From NCBI GenBank assembly GCA_964449285.1, contig CAYUZX010000011.1, positions 612 through 64,611 on the forward strand: a stretch of DNA of 64,000 bases. Direction: 5' to 3'. The position numbers and the translations under genes were made by a program. Below, piece after piece: positions 8,812-17,275 of the stretch (positions are counted from its first letter, which is position 1; each line of letters opens with the position of its first letter). The notes under the pieces were generated by a model. It worked only from the letters and a program-made list of their open reading frames with translations. It ran no database searches and was not told the origin of the DNA. The DNA is from an uncultured Prolixibacteraceae bacterium (GTDB lineage Bacteria > Bacteroidota > Bacteroidia > Bacteroidales > FEN-979).

Positions 8812-8885
8812 GTACAATTTACGGATTTCCGCAATTGACAAGCCATCCGGAATGTCGTAGTTTTATCGCCGAGATCATTGCACGG

Positions 8886-9227
8886 ATGAAAAAGAGTTTA
8901 GAGAGAACAGAACGACCAAAACGTGTCCACAAAATTCCCCGGATAGATAACCGGGATAAGTTGGAACCTCTCCACGTGAGGGACTGTCCATGGTGTCATC
9001 AGTACCATGTCTACATGGTCAGGGTTTCACGGGTTCCGGTTACCGGAAATACACCGGTAAACGAGATCCTGAAGTTCAACAGCAGGAACCAGCTGATCCG
9101 CTACTTCATATGCCCGAATACAGGGAACCGGTTCAGGGGAATCCTTACGCTGTTCCACTCTCCCCATGAGGTGATCCGAAATATCGAAGTGCTGTTTGTA
9201 ATCCGGTCCAAACGATACGCCTCATGA
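8886..9227 (+). CDS. Small basic protein with Cys/His zinc-ribbon-like motifs (113 aa)
   Basis: First ATG in the ORF (the track TTG at 8835 lies inside the repeat cassette). Motifs CPWCHQYH ... CPNTGNRF. The stop overlaps the next start (ATGA at 9224-9227). Confidence 0.55.
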   Translation: MKKSLERTERPKRVHKIPRIDNRDKLEPLHVRDCPWCHQYHVYMVRVSRVPVTGNTPVNEILKFNSRNQLIRYFICPNTGNRFRGILTLFHSPHEVIRNIEVLFVIRSKRYAS

Positions 9228-10576
9228 CCCACAGGAAGTTCTACGATATCCACTTTCATGCGATGGACTTGAGTCATGCCAACCTTATGGCTTTTTTGCT
9301 ACGGAAGGACCTGATTACGAAGGAGACCATTCGCAATTTTTCCAGGCAGATGAAGTGGTGGATGAAGCTGATCCCGCTGGGAGCGATCGATATGGCCCCT
9401 GGATTGATCGTCAGAAAGTTACGGGAGTTTTTGGACGGACCTTCGAAGGCGAAGAACCTGCTCTCGTTCATGGAGAACTCGATCCGCTTCGATTTCCTTA
9501 TCGTGGAGCATTTCCTGAGGCACGGAGGAACCGGAGAGCCTGCATTTGTGAACAGGGAGAATATGTTTATGATCGATGAGATCCTGTACAACAAAATTGT
9601 TCTCTGCCCGCTGATCATCGACTTTGGCTTCAGGAATATTAAACAGAAAGGGATCTTTTACAACCTGCCGCCCAACAAGTCGGTGATCGACCAGGCAGCC
9701 GATGTGCTGACAGCCATCTCTCACTACCTCAAATACGACCTGGCGCCCTCGGTGCAGTATCCCGACCGTCTTGAAGTAACCCCTTCGGGGGGATACAAGA
9801 AGGGGAAGCTCTTTGAGATCTATCCTTTTCTGGGGATCAATCCCAGGAACGATTACAGCCTGGATGCCATTAAGCGGATCTTTGAAAAATACTTTTCCGG
9901 TTTCCTGCACGATACGCCGGTAAAGCGCAAGGAGTGGCTTCTGGAGAAGATGGGAACCTATACCGGGACCTTTGAAGGGGTGGACCTGAATTACCTCTTC
10001 GCCGGGATCAAGTTTTACCCGCCCCTGGGATTTGATCCCTGGCCCGAGAATGATCTGGCCGAGTTGAAGAAGATTTGTATCATATATGAAGAGTGTATCA
10101 AGCGACGGATTCCGGTCACGACGCATTGCAGCAACGGTGGATTTGTCACCGATTCTGATGCCGAACGATACACCAATCCGGCCAAACAATGGCGGAAGGC
10201 GCTCAAAACCTATCCGGAACTAAAGCTCAACTTTGCCCATTTCGGGGACCGGAGCGATCACAGGACAGACTGGCGTGACCAGATCATTGATTATATGTTG
10301 GATAAAGACTATCCGGATATCTATGCCGACTTCTCCTGTCGTGGTTTAAAAACAAAACGTGGAGAACCTGATTTTTACAAACAGATCAATCTACTGGTCA
10401 GCACCTATGGAAGTAAAATTTCGGAGCGGATGCTCTTTGGCTCCGATTTCATGATCAATCTACTCTGGACCACCTCGTACAACCGGTACCTGGAGAATTT
10501 CAAAGCCACTAGGGCCTTGAAAGGAAACAAGGAACTGTTCTGTACGAAGAACCCGGAGAGATTTCTATTTGGATAA
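9224..10576 (+). CDS. Metal-dependent hydrolase of the amidohydrolase/TIM-barrel superfamily (450 aa), subfamily unrecognised
   Basis: N-terminal DIHFH (HxH), later TTHCSNGG, NFAHFG and LFGSDF, in the order expected for amidohydrolase-fold metal ligands. There is a large insert between the first and later motifs. Confidence 0.65.
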   Translation: MTHRKFYDIHFHAMDLSHANLMAFLLRKDLITKETIRNFSRQMKWWMKLIPLGAIDMAPGLIVRKLREFLDGPSKAKNLLSFMENSIRFDFLIVEHFLRHGGTGEPAFVNRENMFMIDEILYNKIVLCPLIIDFGFRNIKQKGIFYNLPPNKSVIDQAADVLTAISHYLKYDLAPSVQYPDRLEVTPSGGYKKGKLFEIYPFLGINPRNDYSLDAIKRIFEKYFSGFLHDTPVKRKEWLLEKMGTYTGTFEGVDLNYLFAGIKFYPPLGFDPWPENDLAELKKICIIYEECIKRRIPVTTHCSNGGFVTDSDAERYTNPAKQWRKALKTYPELKLNFAHFGDRSDHRTDWRDQIIDYMLDKDYPDIYADFSCRGLKTKRGEPDFYKQINLLVSTYGSKISERMLFGSDFMINLLWTTSYNRYLENFKATRALKGNKELFCTKNPERFLFG

Positions 10577-10615
10577 CCATAACTCGAAAACAAGTCAATC
10601 ACTAAACGAAGCAAC

Positions 10616-10909
10616 ATGACACAGAAAGTACAAAATGTAAACGGGATAGCGGCAGAGCCCAACGGATGCAGGAGCTGGTTGGAGCACTGGCAGAATGTTA
10701 CCGGAGAGCAGCCGGGAGTATGTGCCGAGGTGAAATGCGGCAAGCTGGCTTCGGAAGGGGCGCTCGTCCAGAAAGCCGGAAACCACAACGAAGCGTGGTA
10801 CGTCGTGCCCCTCTGTCCGAAACACAATGCTATTCGCGGAGGCAGCCTGGAGCTGGTGGGATACATCCCATTGGTACCGGCAAGCGGGGAGAAGGTGGGT
10901 GAAACATAA
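10616..10909 (+). CDS. Cys-rich 97-aa protein with His-Me-finger-like signature
   Basis: C-x-SWLEHW ... C-x4-C ... GALV ... WYVVPLCPKHN. No signal peptide. Lies 39 nt after the hydrolase and 11 nt before the DNase gene. Confidence 0.5.
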   Translation: MTQKVQNVNGIAAEPNGCRSWLEHWQNVTGEQPGVCAEVKCGKLASEGALVQKAGNHNEAWYVVPLCPKHNAIRGGSLELVGYIPLVPASGEKVGET

Positions 10910-10920
10910 AACCCAAAATT

Positions 10921-11775
10921 ATGTCAACGTTCAAAAGAGTCTCATGGCTACTGCTCTTCCTGATCCCTACAGAGTTCAGCGGCTATACGCAGTGTGTCAA
11001 TCCAATCCTTCGAATTTGCACCTTCAACATCCAGAACTTTGGCAAGACCAAGTTGAATGATCCGAAACGGATTGCCATCCTGGCGGGAATCATCCGAAAG
11101 TATGATATCGTGGCGATCCAGGAGATCTCAGACAAAACGAATACGGTGCCGGGAAAGTTTCTCGACATCATCAACGATAACCACCGGTATGGGTATGCTT
11201 ATACCTGTAGCGTTCGTACGGGCCAGCAGTTCGACGATCGGTCCTATCAGGAGCAGTATGCCTTTTACTTCGATACGTGCAAAGTCACCCTGCTTGGTCA
11301 ACCGGTGGTATTCCCCGATTCGGCAGGCGACGACTTTGTGCGGGAGCCCTACCTGGCGCACTTCAGCGCCAGGAGGGGCTCTTTCTCTTTTGTACTGGCA
11401 ACCATCCACACGGCGCCCGATCAGGCGCTACATGAAATCGGAAAGCTGCATGACGTGGTTCAATGGGCCAGGCAATACTTCACGGGAGAGGAAGAAGTGA
11501 TTGTACTTGGCGACTTCAATGCTTCATGCAGTTACGCAACCCCAGAAGAGTTGAACCAACTCCTCTTCCGTGGCGATGACTATACCTGGATCATTCCCGA
11601 TACCGCAAAAACGAACCTGGCAATCCGCACCAACTGTGCATACGACCGTTTTGTTGTGACACCTACCGTGTTGCCCTATTACACGGGCGCCTGGCATGTT
11701 GACCGGTCGTTTGACTCGAGAAGTATCTCGGATCATTATCCGGTGTGGGTGGAGTTTAGGATAAGAGATGAGTAG
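10921..11775 (+). CDS. Exported DNase I-family nuclease (endonuclease/exonuclease/phosphatase fold)
   Basis: Signal peptide. Blocks ICTFNIQNFGKTK, YDIVAIQEI, REP, GDFNASCSY, WIIPD, TNCAYDRFVV and ISDHYPVWV run colinear with mammalian DNase I as I recall it. Confidence 0.85.
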   Translation: MSTFKRVSWLLLFLIPTEFSGYTQCVNPILRICTFNIQNFGKTKLNDPKRIAILAGIIRKYDIVAIQEISDKTNTVPGKFLDIINDNHRYGYAYTCSVRTGQQFDDRSYQEQYAFYFDTCKVTLLGQPVVFPDSAGDDFVREPYLAHFSARRGSFSFVLATIHTAPDQALHEIGKLHDVVQWARQYFTGEEEVIVLGDFNASCSYATPEELNQLLFRGDDYTWIIPDTAKTNLAIRTNCAYDRFVVTPTVLPYYTGAWHVDRSFDSRSISDHYPVWVEFRIRDE

Positions 11776-11857
11776 CAATGAGATAACTACAAGTTAAACA
11801 AGCATTTTCATTATAAGTAAGGCATTATTTTCGTTAGAACAAAAAAAAACAAACACC

Positions 11858-12427
11858 ATGAAAACAAAAACTTTTTTATTAGGAATTATTAGCCTACTTA
11901 TTTCAAGTGTCGTTTTTTCTCAAGAAAAAACTGAAACATATCCACTTGATTTAATGATCCAAGTCATTAACAATAGTTTGGATAAAGCAAATAAAAGATT
12001 GGATTCTGTGCATATTCAAATTCAGCACGCTGAAATTACCCTTCAAACGCTTTTAGACAAGTCTGGTGGTGGTGGATTTAAAATATTTGTTAAAGCAGAA
12101 AAAAAATGGGAACTTGAAAAAGCCAGTACGCTCACTTTTACTTTTGAAAAAATTGAATCACGACCCGAGCCGAATTATAAAAGCTTGAATAAGGATATTT
12201 TTGAAAAAAACTTGATAGAAGCAATTGTAGATGCGGCCCATCAATGGAAAAATACTACAAACATCGTAAATGGATTATCAAAGAAAAATTTTAATGTTGA
12301 AATCTCCTTTTCAGTTAAAAAAGATACTTCCATTGGAGTAGAATTTGAAATTTGGGGTGTCGGAGTAGATGTTACAGGTAACTTTGAAAATCAGGCCGTA
12401 CATAAGGTATCTCTTACTTTTAAGTAA
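11858..12427 (+). CDS. Secreted protein with two tandem small beta-rich repeats (possibly trypco2-like)
   Basis: Signal peptide MKTKTFLLGIISLLISSVVFSQ. Repeat 1 is HIQIQHAEITLQ..GGGGFKIFVKAE...STLTFTF. Repeat 2 is FNVEISFSV...GVEFEIWGVGVD...HKVSLTF. Confidence 0.55.
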   Translation: MKTKTFLLGIISLLISSVVFSQEKTETYPLDLMIQVINNSLDKANKRLDSVHIQIQHAEITLQTLLDKSGGGGFKIFVKAEKKWELEKASTLTFTFEKIESRPEPNYKSLNKDIFEKNLIEAIVDAAHQWKNTTNIVNGLSKKNFNVEISFSVKKDTSIGVEFEIWGVGVDVTGNFENQAVHKVSLTFK

Positions 12428-12760
12428 ATCGATGGAAAGAGACAAGAAGAACAATGCATGAAGTTCACGGAAAACATACTCACATTTACAGGCTAGAAAG
12501 TAAGCTAAATCAAACAATTTATTACACGTACCGATCAGCCTATACAAGATCAAATGAAAGGAGGTCAAAAACCTAACAAACTGATTTTGAATAGTTATTA
12601 TTGGTATAAGTTCGATTTTTACTCTTAGCCGGTTGAAAATATTTTATTGATCACTTGTACATATAATCTATATTTCTATACTTTTATTGCTCAATTTCCG
12701 AATATGACGGTTAATACCCTCTCGCACCGGGAAACGTTAAACCAGTTAAACATTCCTATC

Positions 12761-13204
12761 ATGAGATTGATCAATCACGCCAGAGAAAGTAAAAAAATGT
12801 ACCTCCTTTTTGTATTCGTTGGATTGAATTGTATTTTTCAACATCCTTGTTATTCACAACAGCTAAGTGAAGAGGGGAAATTCCCCATTCCAAAAGTAGT
12901 TTCGTTCAATCCGGATTCAAACCAATATCAATGTTTATTTGATGGAGAAAAAGACTCTGTTGTTTTTTATTCAGGAGTTGTGACCCTTGCTCCCAATGAA
13001 TCCGGAGAAATCCATAACACGGAAATGTATGAAGAGATGATCATTCCACTTGAAGGCGAAGGGCAATTGCAAATCCCAGATTATAAAAATCTTGATGTTA
13101 AATTTGGAACCATTGCGTTTGTTCCTCCGCATACTGAACATCATATGACAAATACCGTGAGTAAAAACTTAAAATATATTTATGTCGCCACAAAATCAAA
13201 ATAA
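12761..13204 (+). CDS. Cupin-domain protein with N-terminal signal
   Basis: GEIHNTEMYEEMIIPLEGEG ... FVPPHTEHHMTN resembles the two cupin motifs. The start is ambiguous (ATG 12761 or 12797). Confidence 0.6.
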   Translation: MRLINHARESKKMYLLFVFVGLNCIFQHPCYSQQLSEEGKFPIPKVVSFNPDSNQYQCLFDGEKDSVVFYSGVVTLAPNESGEIHNTEMYEEMIIPLEGEGQLQIPDYKNLDVKFGTIAFVPPHTEHHMTNTVSKNLKYIYVATKSK

Positions 13205-13221
13205 TATTCAAATCAATACAG

Positions 13222-13776
13222 ATGAAAGCAAGAGAAGAAAAAAATTGTACCAATTGTTCCTACTACATTGAAGACATTGATATTCAAAATCTTGACCCTG
13301 CGGACCAAATCAAATATGAAGAATTAGTTCGGTCCCTTGCTTCAGACGATATAGATATTGACCCGAAAGAACTGTTCCTTTTGTCTCATGGAATCAGAAA
13401 ATCGGTATGCATTGGAGGCTTGGTAAAACCCAATATTATTAAAGAGAATTGCAGATACCACGCTACCCTTCCAAATGAACTCAACAAGGATCAATTGCTC
13501 CAATCCTTTGTTTCTCAATGCAACAAAACCATGTCCACTAATCAATTAATTGCCATGATCTCAATAGCTCTTATTACTCTTCTCGCTACCTTGTTTGGTA
13601 TTTTCCAAACCACCCGGAATATGGAGTTGAAAGAGGAGATTGAAAATTATAAGAGCTCTGTCGAAATAAAAGATAATCAAATACGGAATCAACATATTTT
13701 GTTATCCCAGGATAGCACGAAAATTAAAGAATTACAGGATAGTACGATCATACTTAATCATCTTTTAAAGAAATAA
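13222..13776 (+). CDS. Hypothetical membrane-anchored coiled-coil protein
   Basis: N-terminal CTNC, one TM (LIAMISIALITLLATLFGIF), and a heptad-like C-terminus. No family recognised. Confidence 0.4.
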   Translation: MKAREEKNCTNCSYYIEDIDIQNLDPADQIKYEELVRSLASDDIDIDPKELFLLSHGIRKSVCIGGLVKPNIIKENCRYHATLPNELNKDQLLQSFVSQCNKTMSTNQLIAMISIALITLLATLFGIFQTTRNMELKEEIENYKSSVEIKDNQIRNQHILLSQDSTKIKELQDSTIILNHLLKK

Positions 13777-13779
13777 ACC

Positions 13780-14055
13780 ATGAATAAAAAAGAATTAATT
13801 GACCAGGTGTCTTCTTGCGCAGGTATTTCCAAAGCCGCAACCCAACGTGCAATAGACTGCTATCACCAATGTATCACGGGAGCGCTTTCACAAGGAGAAC
13901 GGGTCGGCCTCGTCGGATTTGGATCATTTTCAGTTACGCAACGAAGCGCCCGGAAAGGACGCAATCCACAAACTGGGAAAGAGATGACAATAGGGGCAAA
14001 AAAGGTGATAAAATTTCGCCCGGGAATTCATCTTTCCGAGAAGGTTCAGAAATAA
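13780..14055 (+). CDS. hup: HU-family DNA-binding protein
   Basis: MNKKELI..., GFGSFSVTQRSARKGRNPQTGKEM arm motif, 91 aa. Confidence 0.9.
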   Translation: MNKKELIDQVSSCAGISKAATQRAIDCYHQCITGALSQGERVGLVGFGSFSVTQRSARKGRNPQTGKEMTIGAKKVIKFRPGIHLSEKVQK

Positions 14056-14128
14056 ACGTATATAAGATCGGAAACGAGTGGGTGAGATTCACCAAAGAAT
14101 GGATGTTGAAAGCAGAATCAAAGGAATG

Positions 14129-14674
14129 TTATTTGGTTGTTGGTCCGCCCATTTGTGTGAAAACACTATCAACAGGTTCCCATAATTCAATTTTGTTTCC
14201 TTCATGATCCAGGATATGAACAAATTTTCCGTAGTCAAATGCCTCGATCTCGTCTACGATGGTCACACCGTTTTCACGGAGCTTTTTTACTAACCCCTCT
14301 ATATTTTGCACCCTGTAATTGATCATAAACTCTTTCTCAGAAGGGTTGAAATAATCTGTCCCTTTATCAAACGGGCTCCATTGGAGATAATTGATCTCAT
14401 CAGGCCTGTTTGCGTTTCTGAACTCGAATGACGAACCGTATTCATTAATTGCAAGGCCTAAATTTTGGCCATACCACTCTCTGGCCTCTTTTGGATTTTT
14501 CGACCGGAAGAAAATCCCTCCTATCCCTGTAACTTTTGGTGTTGTGTCGTTCATACTGCTCGCTTTTGGTTCTGTCTCACGCATGTTGCTGATCCCGGCA
14601 TCATTCTGATTCGTAGCTGTATTGCAACTTGCAGCTATCATCATGAGCAGAAGAATTTTAGTCAAGTTTCTCAT
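14129..14674 (-). CDS. VOC/glyoxalase-family lipoprotein
   Basis: Lipobox (IAASC). GIGGIFFRSKNP...W and a C-terminal FVHILDHEGNKIELWEP typical of the glyoxalase/bleomycin-resistance fold. Confidence 0.75.
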   Translation of the reverse strand: MRNLTKILLLMMIAASCNTATNQNDAGISNMRETEPKASSMNDTTPKVTGIGGIFFRSKNPKEAREWYGQNLGLAINEYGSSFEFRNANRPDEINYLQWSPFDKGTDYFNPSEKEFMINYRVQNIEGLVKKLRENGVTIVDEIEAFDYGKFVHILDHEGNKIELWEPVDSVFTQMGGPTTK

Positions 14675-14882
14675 TTTTATAGGCTATAAAAGCGTGTGGT
14701 GGGAATGAGGCAAAGCTAATTAAGAATTATGAATTATACGATTTCCTCATCAAATGCGGCTTCATTTGGTATTACGGGACTCAGATTCATGGGAATAAAA
14801 AGTTGGTCATCTCTTCGAAGGGGGCTTCGAGAGGCACCTTTGGACTCAGAATAAGGCAAGAATAATTAGGATTCCTTTCTCT

Positions 14883-15464
14883 TTAAAAACTATAATTTAT
14901 CGACCTGCCACCAATGGTGCCGCTTACCGTGCCTCCCGTGCCGGTTGAGTTGATGATGATGGTGATCTGGATGTTGATGGTTTGGTCGAATCCGTTGTTT
15001 CCTGTCACCCGCATACCACCCCCGATCACAATGCTGGAGGCCGTGCCGAAAGTGGTCCCGCCGGGTGCAATGGTGAAGGTGCCAACCAGGGAGACGTAGG
15101 GAGCTCCGTTGATGGTGTAGACCTCGTCGTTCGACGTGAATGCATAGTCGTTGGCCACCTCGGTTAGCTCAATCTGGTAGAAGCCGCCCAAGATGTAGCC
15201 GGTCTGGTCATTGAAATTGATCTGGCCACTCACGTTGCCGATCACGTGAATGAACCCTCCTTGGGGACCGAAAGTATAGTTGTCCACATCCTGGTAATAG
15301 GGGATGGTCCCCTTCAGCATGAGGTCCTGGGTGTTCCACGACATTCCGGCAGTGAATACCTGACTTATCAAATCCTCATCGTTAAGGGTTTTGGAATTCT
15401 CTTTCTTGCAGCCTATCATGGCGATGCATGCCATCAGGCCGACCAAAATGACTAGCTTTTTCAT
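14883..15464 (-). CDS. Lipoprotein, unknown function
   Basis: MKKLVILVGLMACIAMIGCKK lipobox. Gly/Thr-rich beta-type sequence. Confidence 0.55.
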   Translation of the reverse strand: MKKLVILVGLMACIAMIGCKKENSKTLNDEDLISQVFTAGMSWNTQDLMLKGTIPYYQDVDNYTFGPQGGFIHVIGNVSGQINFNDQTGYILGGFYQIELTEVANDYAFTSNDEVYTINGAPYVSLVGTFTIAPGGTTFGTASSIVIGGGMRVTGNNGFDQTINIQITIIINSTGTGGTVSGTIGGRSINYSF

Positions 15465-15601
15465 CTTTTTTTTGTCAGTGATTACCGTGCTGACGCCGCA
15501 CGTTCAGGAAAGGGTATTTGTGAATTGTCCTGTAAAGGTACGTGTATAATTGACAAAAATTCAATATCCCGCCCATTAATTAAAATTTAATCCACAGTCT
15601 T

Positions 15602-15622
15602 CAGTTGGCAGTTGGCAGTTGG
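15602..15622. repeat. Tandem heptamer (CAGTTGG)x3
   Basis: Read directly. It is the reverse complement of the AACTGCCAAC words at 27917-27956. Confidence 0.8.
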
Positions 15623-15664
15623 CAATCTTTACTACGTCGTACTTCTTACCTCTGACTTCTGACC

Positions 15665-17275
15665 TTATTCAGCCCTCATCATCTTTTCATAATAGGCCTC
15701 TTCGCCGATAGTTTCAAGTTCCGCAACGGCTGAATGCATCATATCGGATCCGTAAATACTCTGTTTCCGGAAGTGAATGAACATGGCGGCCATGTTAACG
15801 GCGGCTTCAACGCCTTTGGGGTTTCGGAAAAGAACGGTAAAAAACATCTTCCAGTAATAGAACCCGGTAGCTTTATTAAACCCGGCTTTGTTGCAAACCC
15901 TGAGGAATGACCGTATATACATCAGCCATGCTCTGAAGCCAGGTGTATATTTATACCGGGGTCGGATGTTAACTCCTGTAAATATAGCCCGTTTGTAATA
16001 ATTCGAGGGTTCGTAAATGGAATTGATTATTTGGATAAAATTTTTTAGAATCACAGTACGGGAGGTGTGTGTGACAAAGTTCAGGCCACTCGTCGACTGG
16101 TCAATATCGTATTCTCCAACAGATTGGGATGCCATGTGGAACAACCTCCCTTCCGATTCCAGGCGGCGGGTTAACTGGGTGTTTGGCAATGCGTATAGCA
16201 GTCCGATCATCGCCATGCAGATGCCCGACGACTGGATGGAGTCGATCATGTGGTCGGCGATCTCCGGGCTTTCGCTGTCGAAGCCGATGATGTAGCCGCC
16301 ATTGCTCACAATGCCATAGGAGAGGAGTTTCATGACGGCATGACTCACAGATTTGTTTACATTCTGGACTTTCTTGTTCTGCTTGAGTGTTTCATCTTCG
16401 GGCGTTTCGATCCCCAGAAAGACATAACGGAAATCGACATCCTGCATCAATTGCAACAGGTCATCATCGTCGGCCAGGTTGATGGAAGCTTCCGTGGAGA
16501 AATAAAATGGATAGCCGTGGTCCCGGGTCCATGTTTTCACGTCGCGGAGGAGCTCTTTCGCCCTCTTTTTGTTCCCGATGAAGTTGTCGTCAACGAAGTC
16601 GATATGTCCGCGATAACCCAGGTCGTAAAGTGATTGCAGCTCCCTGATCAGCTGTTCGTTCGACTTAAACCGGGGTATCCGGCCGTAGAGTTCAATGATA
16701 TCGCAGAACTCGCAGTCGAATGGGCATCCCCGGATAAATTGCAATCCAATCATCATGTAATCCTTGAAGCGGATCAGATCGTAGCGTGGGACGACAGCTT
16801 CGAGCATGTTGGCTTTTTCTTCGGAAACATACCTACCGCAAGTGTTTCCTTTCTGTAGGTCGGCCAGGAACATGGGTATGGTAACCTCTCCCTCGCCAAG
16901 AACCAGGAAGTCGGCTTCGTGGTAGAGGTCAGGCTGCGACGTGGGATCGGGGCCACCAACCACGATGATTCTGCCCAGGTTATGAGCCCGCCGGATGAAT
17001 TCGATCATGCTCTTCTGCTGGGGAAGCATGCCGCCCGTACAAATGAGATCGGCCCACCTCAATTGATCGTCGGCCAACGGCTCCACGTTTTCATCAATCA
17101 ACCTGAATTCCCAGTGCTGAGGCAGGAGGGCAGCAACAGTCATCAGCCCGAGAGAGGAAGCTGGGTAGTGTGCTCCAACGATGTTACAAACATCCTGATA
17201 GTTCCAGAAACTGAATCCCGAAAATTTTGTTTGAACAAGCAGGCATTTGGTTGGCCCGTTATACAGATCCGTCAT
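15665..17275 (-). CDS. B12-binding-domain radical SAM protein (DUF4070-type C-terminus)
   Basis: N-terminal B12-binding-like region (LLVQTKFSGFSFW..., ICTGGM), RGCPFDCEFCDI (CxxxCxxC). Start moved to the ATG at 17275 (MTDLYNG) because the upstream extension looks non-coding. Confidence 0.8.
   Translation of the reverse strand: MTDLYNGPTKCLLVQTKFSGFSFWNYQDVCNIVGAHYPASSLGLMTVAALLPQHWEFRLIDENVEPLADDQLRWADLICTGGMLPQQKSMIEFIRRAHNLGRIIVVGGPDPTSQPDLYHEADFLVLGEGEVTIPMFLADLQKGNTCGRYVSEEKANMLEAVVPRYDLIRFKDYMMIGLQFIRGCPFDCEFCDIIELYGRIPRFKSNEQLIRELQSLYDLGYRGHIDFVDDNFIGNKKRAKELLRDVKTWTRDHGYPFYFSTEASINLADDDDLLQLMQDVDFRYVFLGIETPEDETLKQNKKVQNVNKSVSHAVMKLLSYGIVSNGGYIIGFDSESPEIADHMIDSIQSSGICMAMIGLLYALPNTQLTRRLESEGRLFHMASQSVGEYDIDQSTSGLNFVTHTSRTVILKNFIQIINSIYEPSNYYKRAIFTGVNIRPRYKYTPGFRAWLMYIRSFLRVCNKAGFNKATGFYYWKMFFTVLFRNPKGVEAAVNMAAMFIHFRKQSIYGSDMMHSAVAELETIGEEAYYEKMMRAE

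Larger units (their letters stand above)
8691..8841 (+). repeat. Copy 2 of the ~150-nt hairpin-plus-operator cassette
   Basis: See 7808-7959. This copy carries the intact hairpin. Confidence 0.85.

Noticed and set aside
9419-10189. 256-aa ORF antisense to the amidohydrolase-fold gene (also 9274-9618 and 9355-9579)
   Set aside because: These are shadow ORFs. The plus-strand frame carries the ordered metal-ligand motifs and the ATGA coupling to the upstream gene.
10405-10866. 153-aa minus-strand ORF, plus the alternative plus-frame ORFs 10666-10902 and 10827-11060, overlapping the 97-aa gene
   Set aside because: They are Arg/Pro/Gly-rich with a non-protein-like composition. The 10616-10909 frame fits the operon spacing and has a structured Cys pattern.
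13815-14207. 130-aa ORF overlapping the HU gene in another frame
   Set aside because: The HU frame has the canonical arm motif. The alternative frame is Arg/Ser-rich and runs into the convergent VOC gene.
15602-15622. Possible CRISPR array or other spaced-repeat array among the short tandem repeats
   Set aside because: The units are 7-8 nt and directly abutting, with no 25-40-nt repeats separated by unique spacers anywhere in the window.
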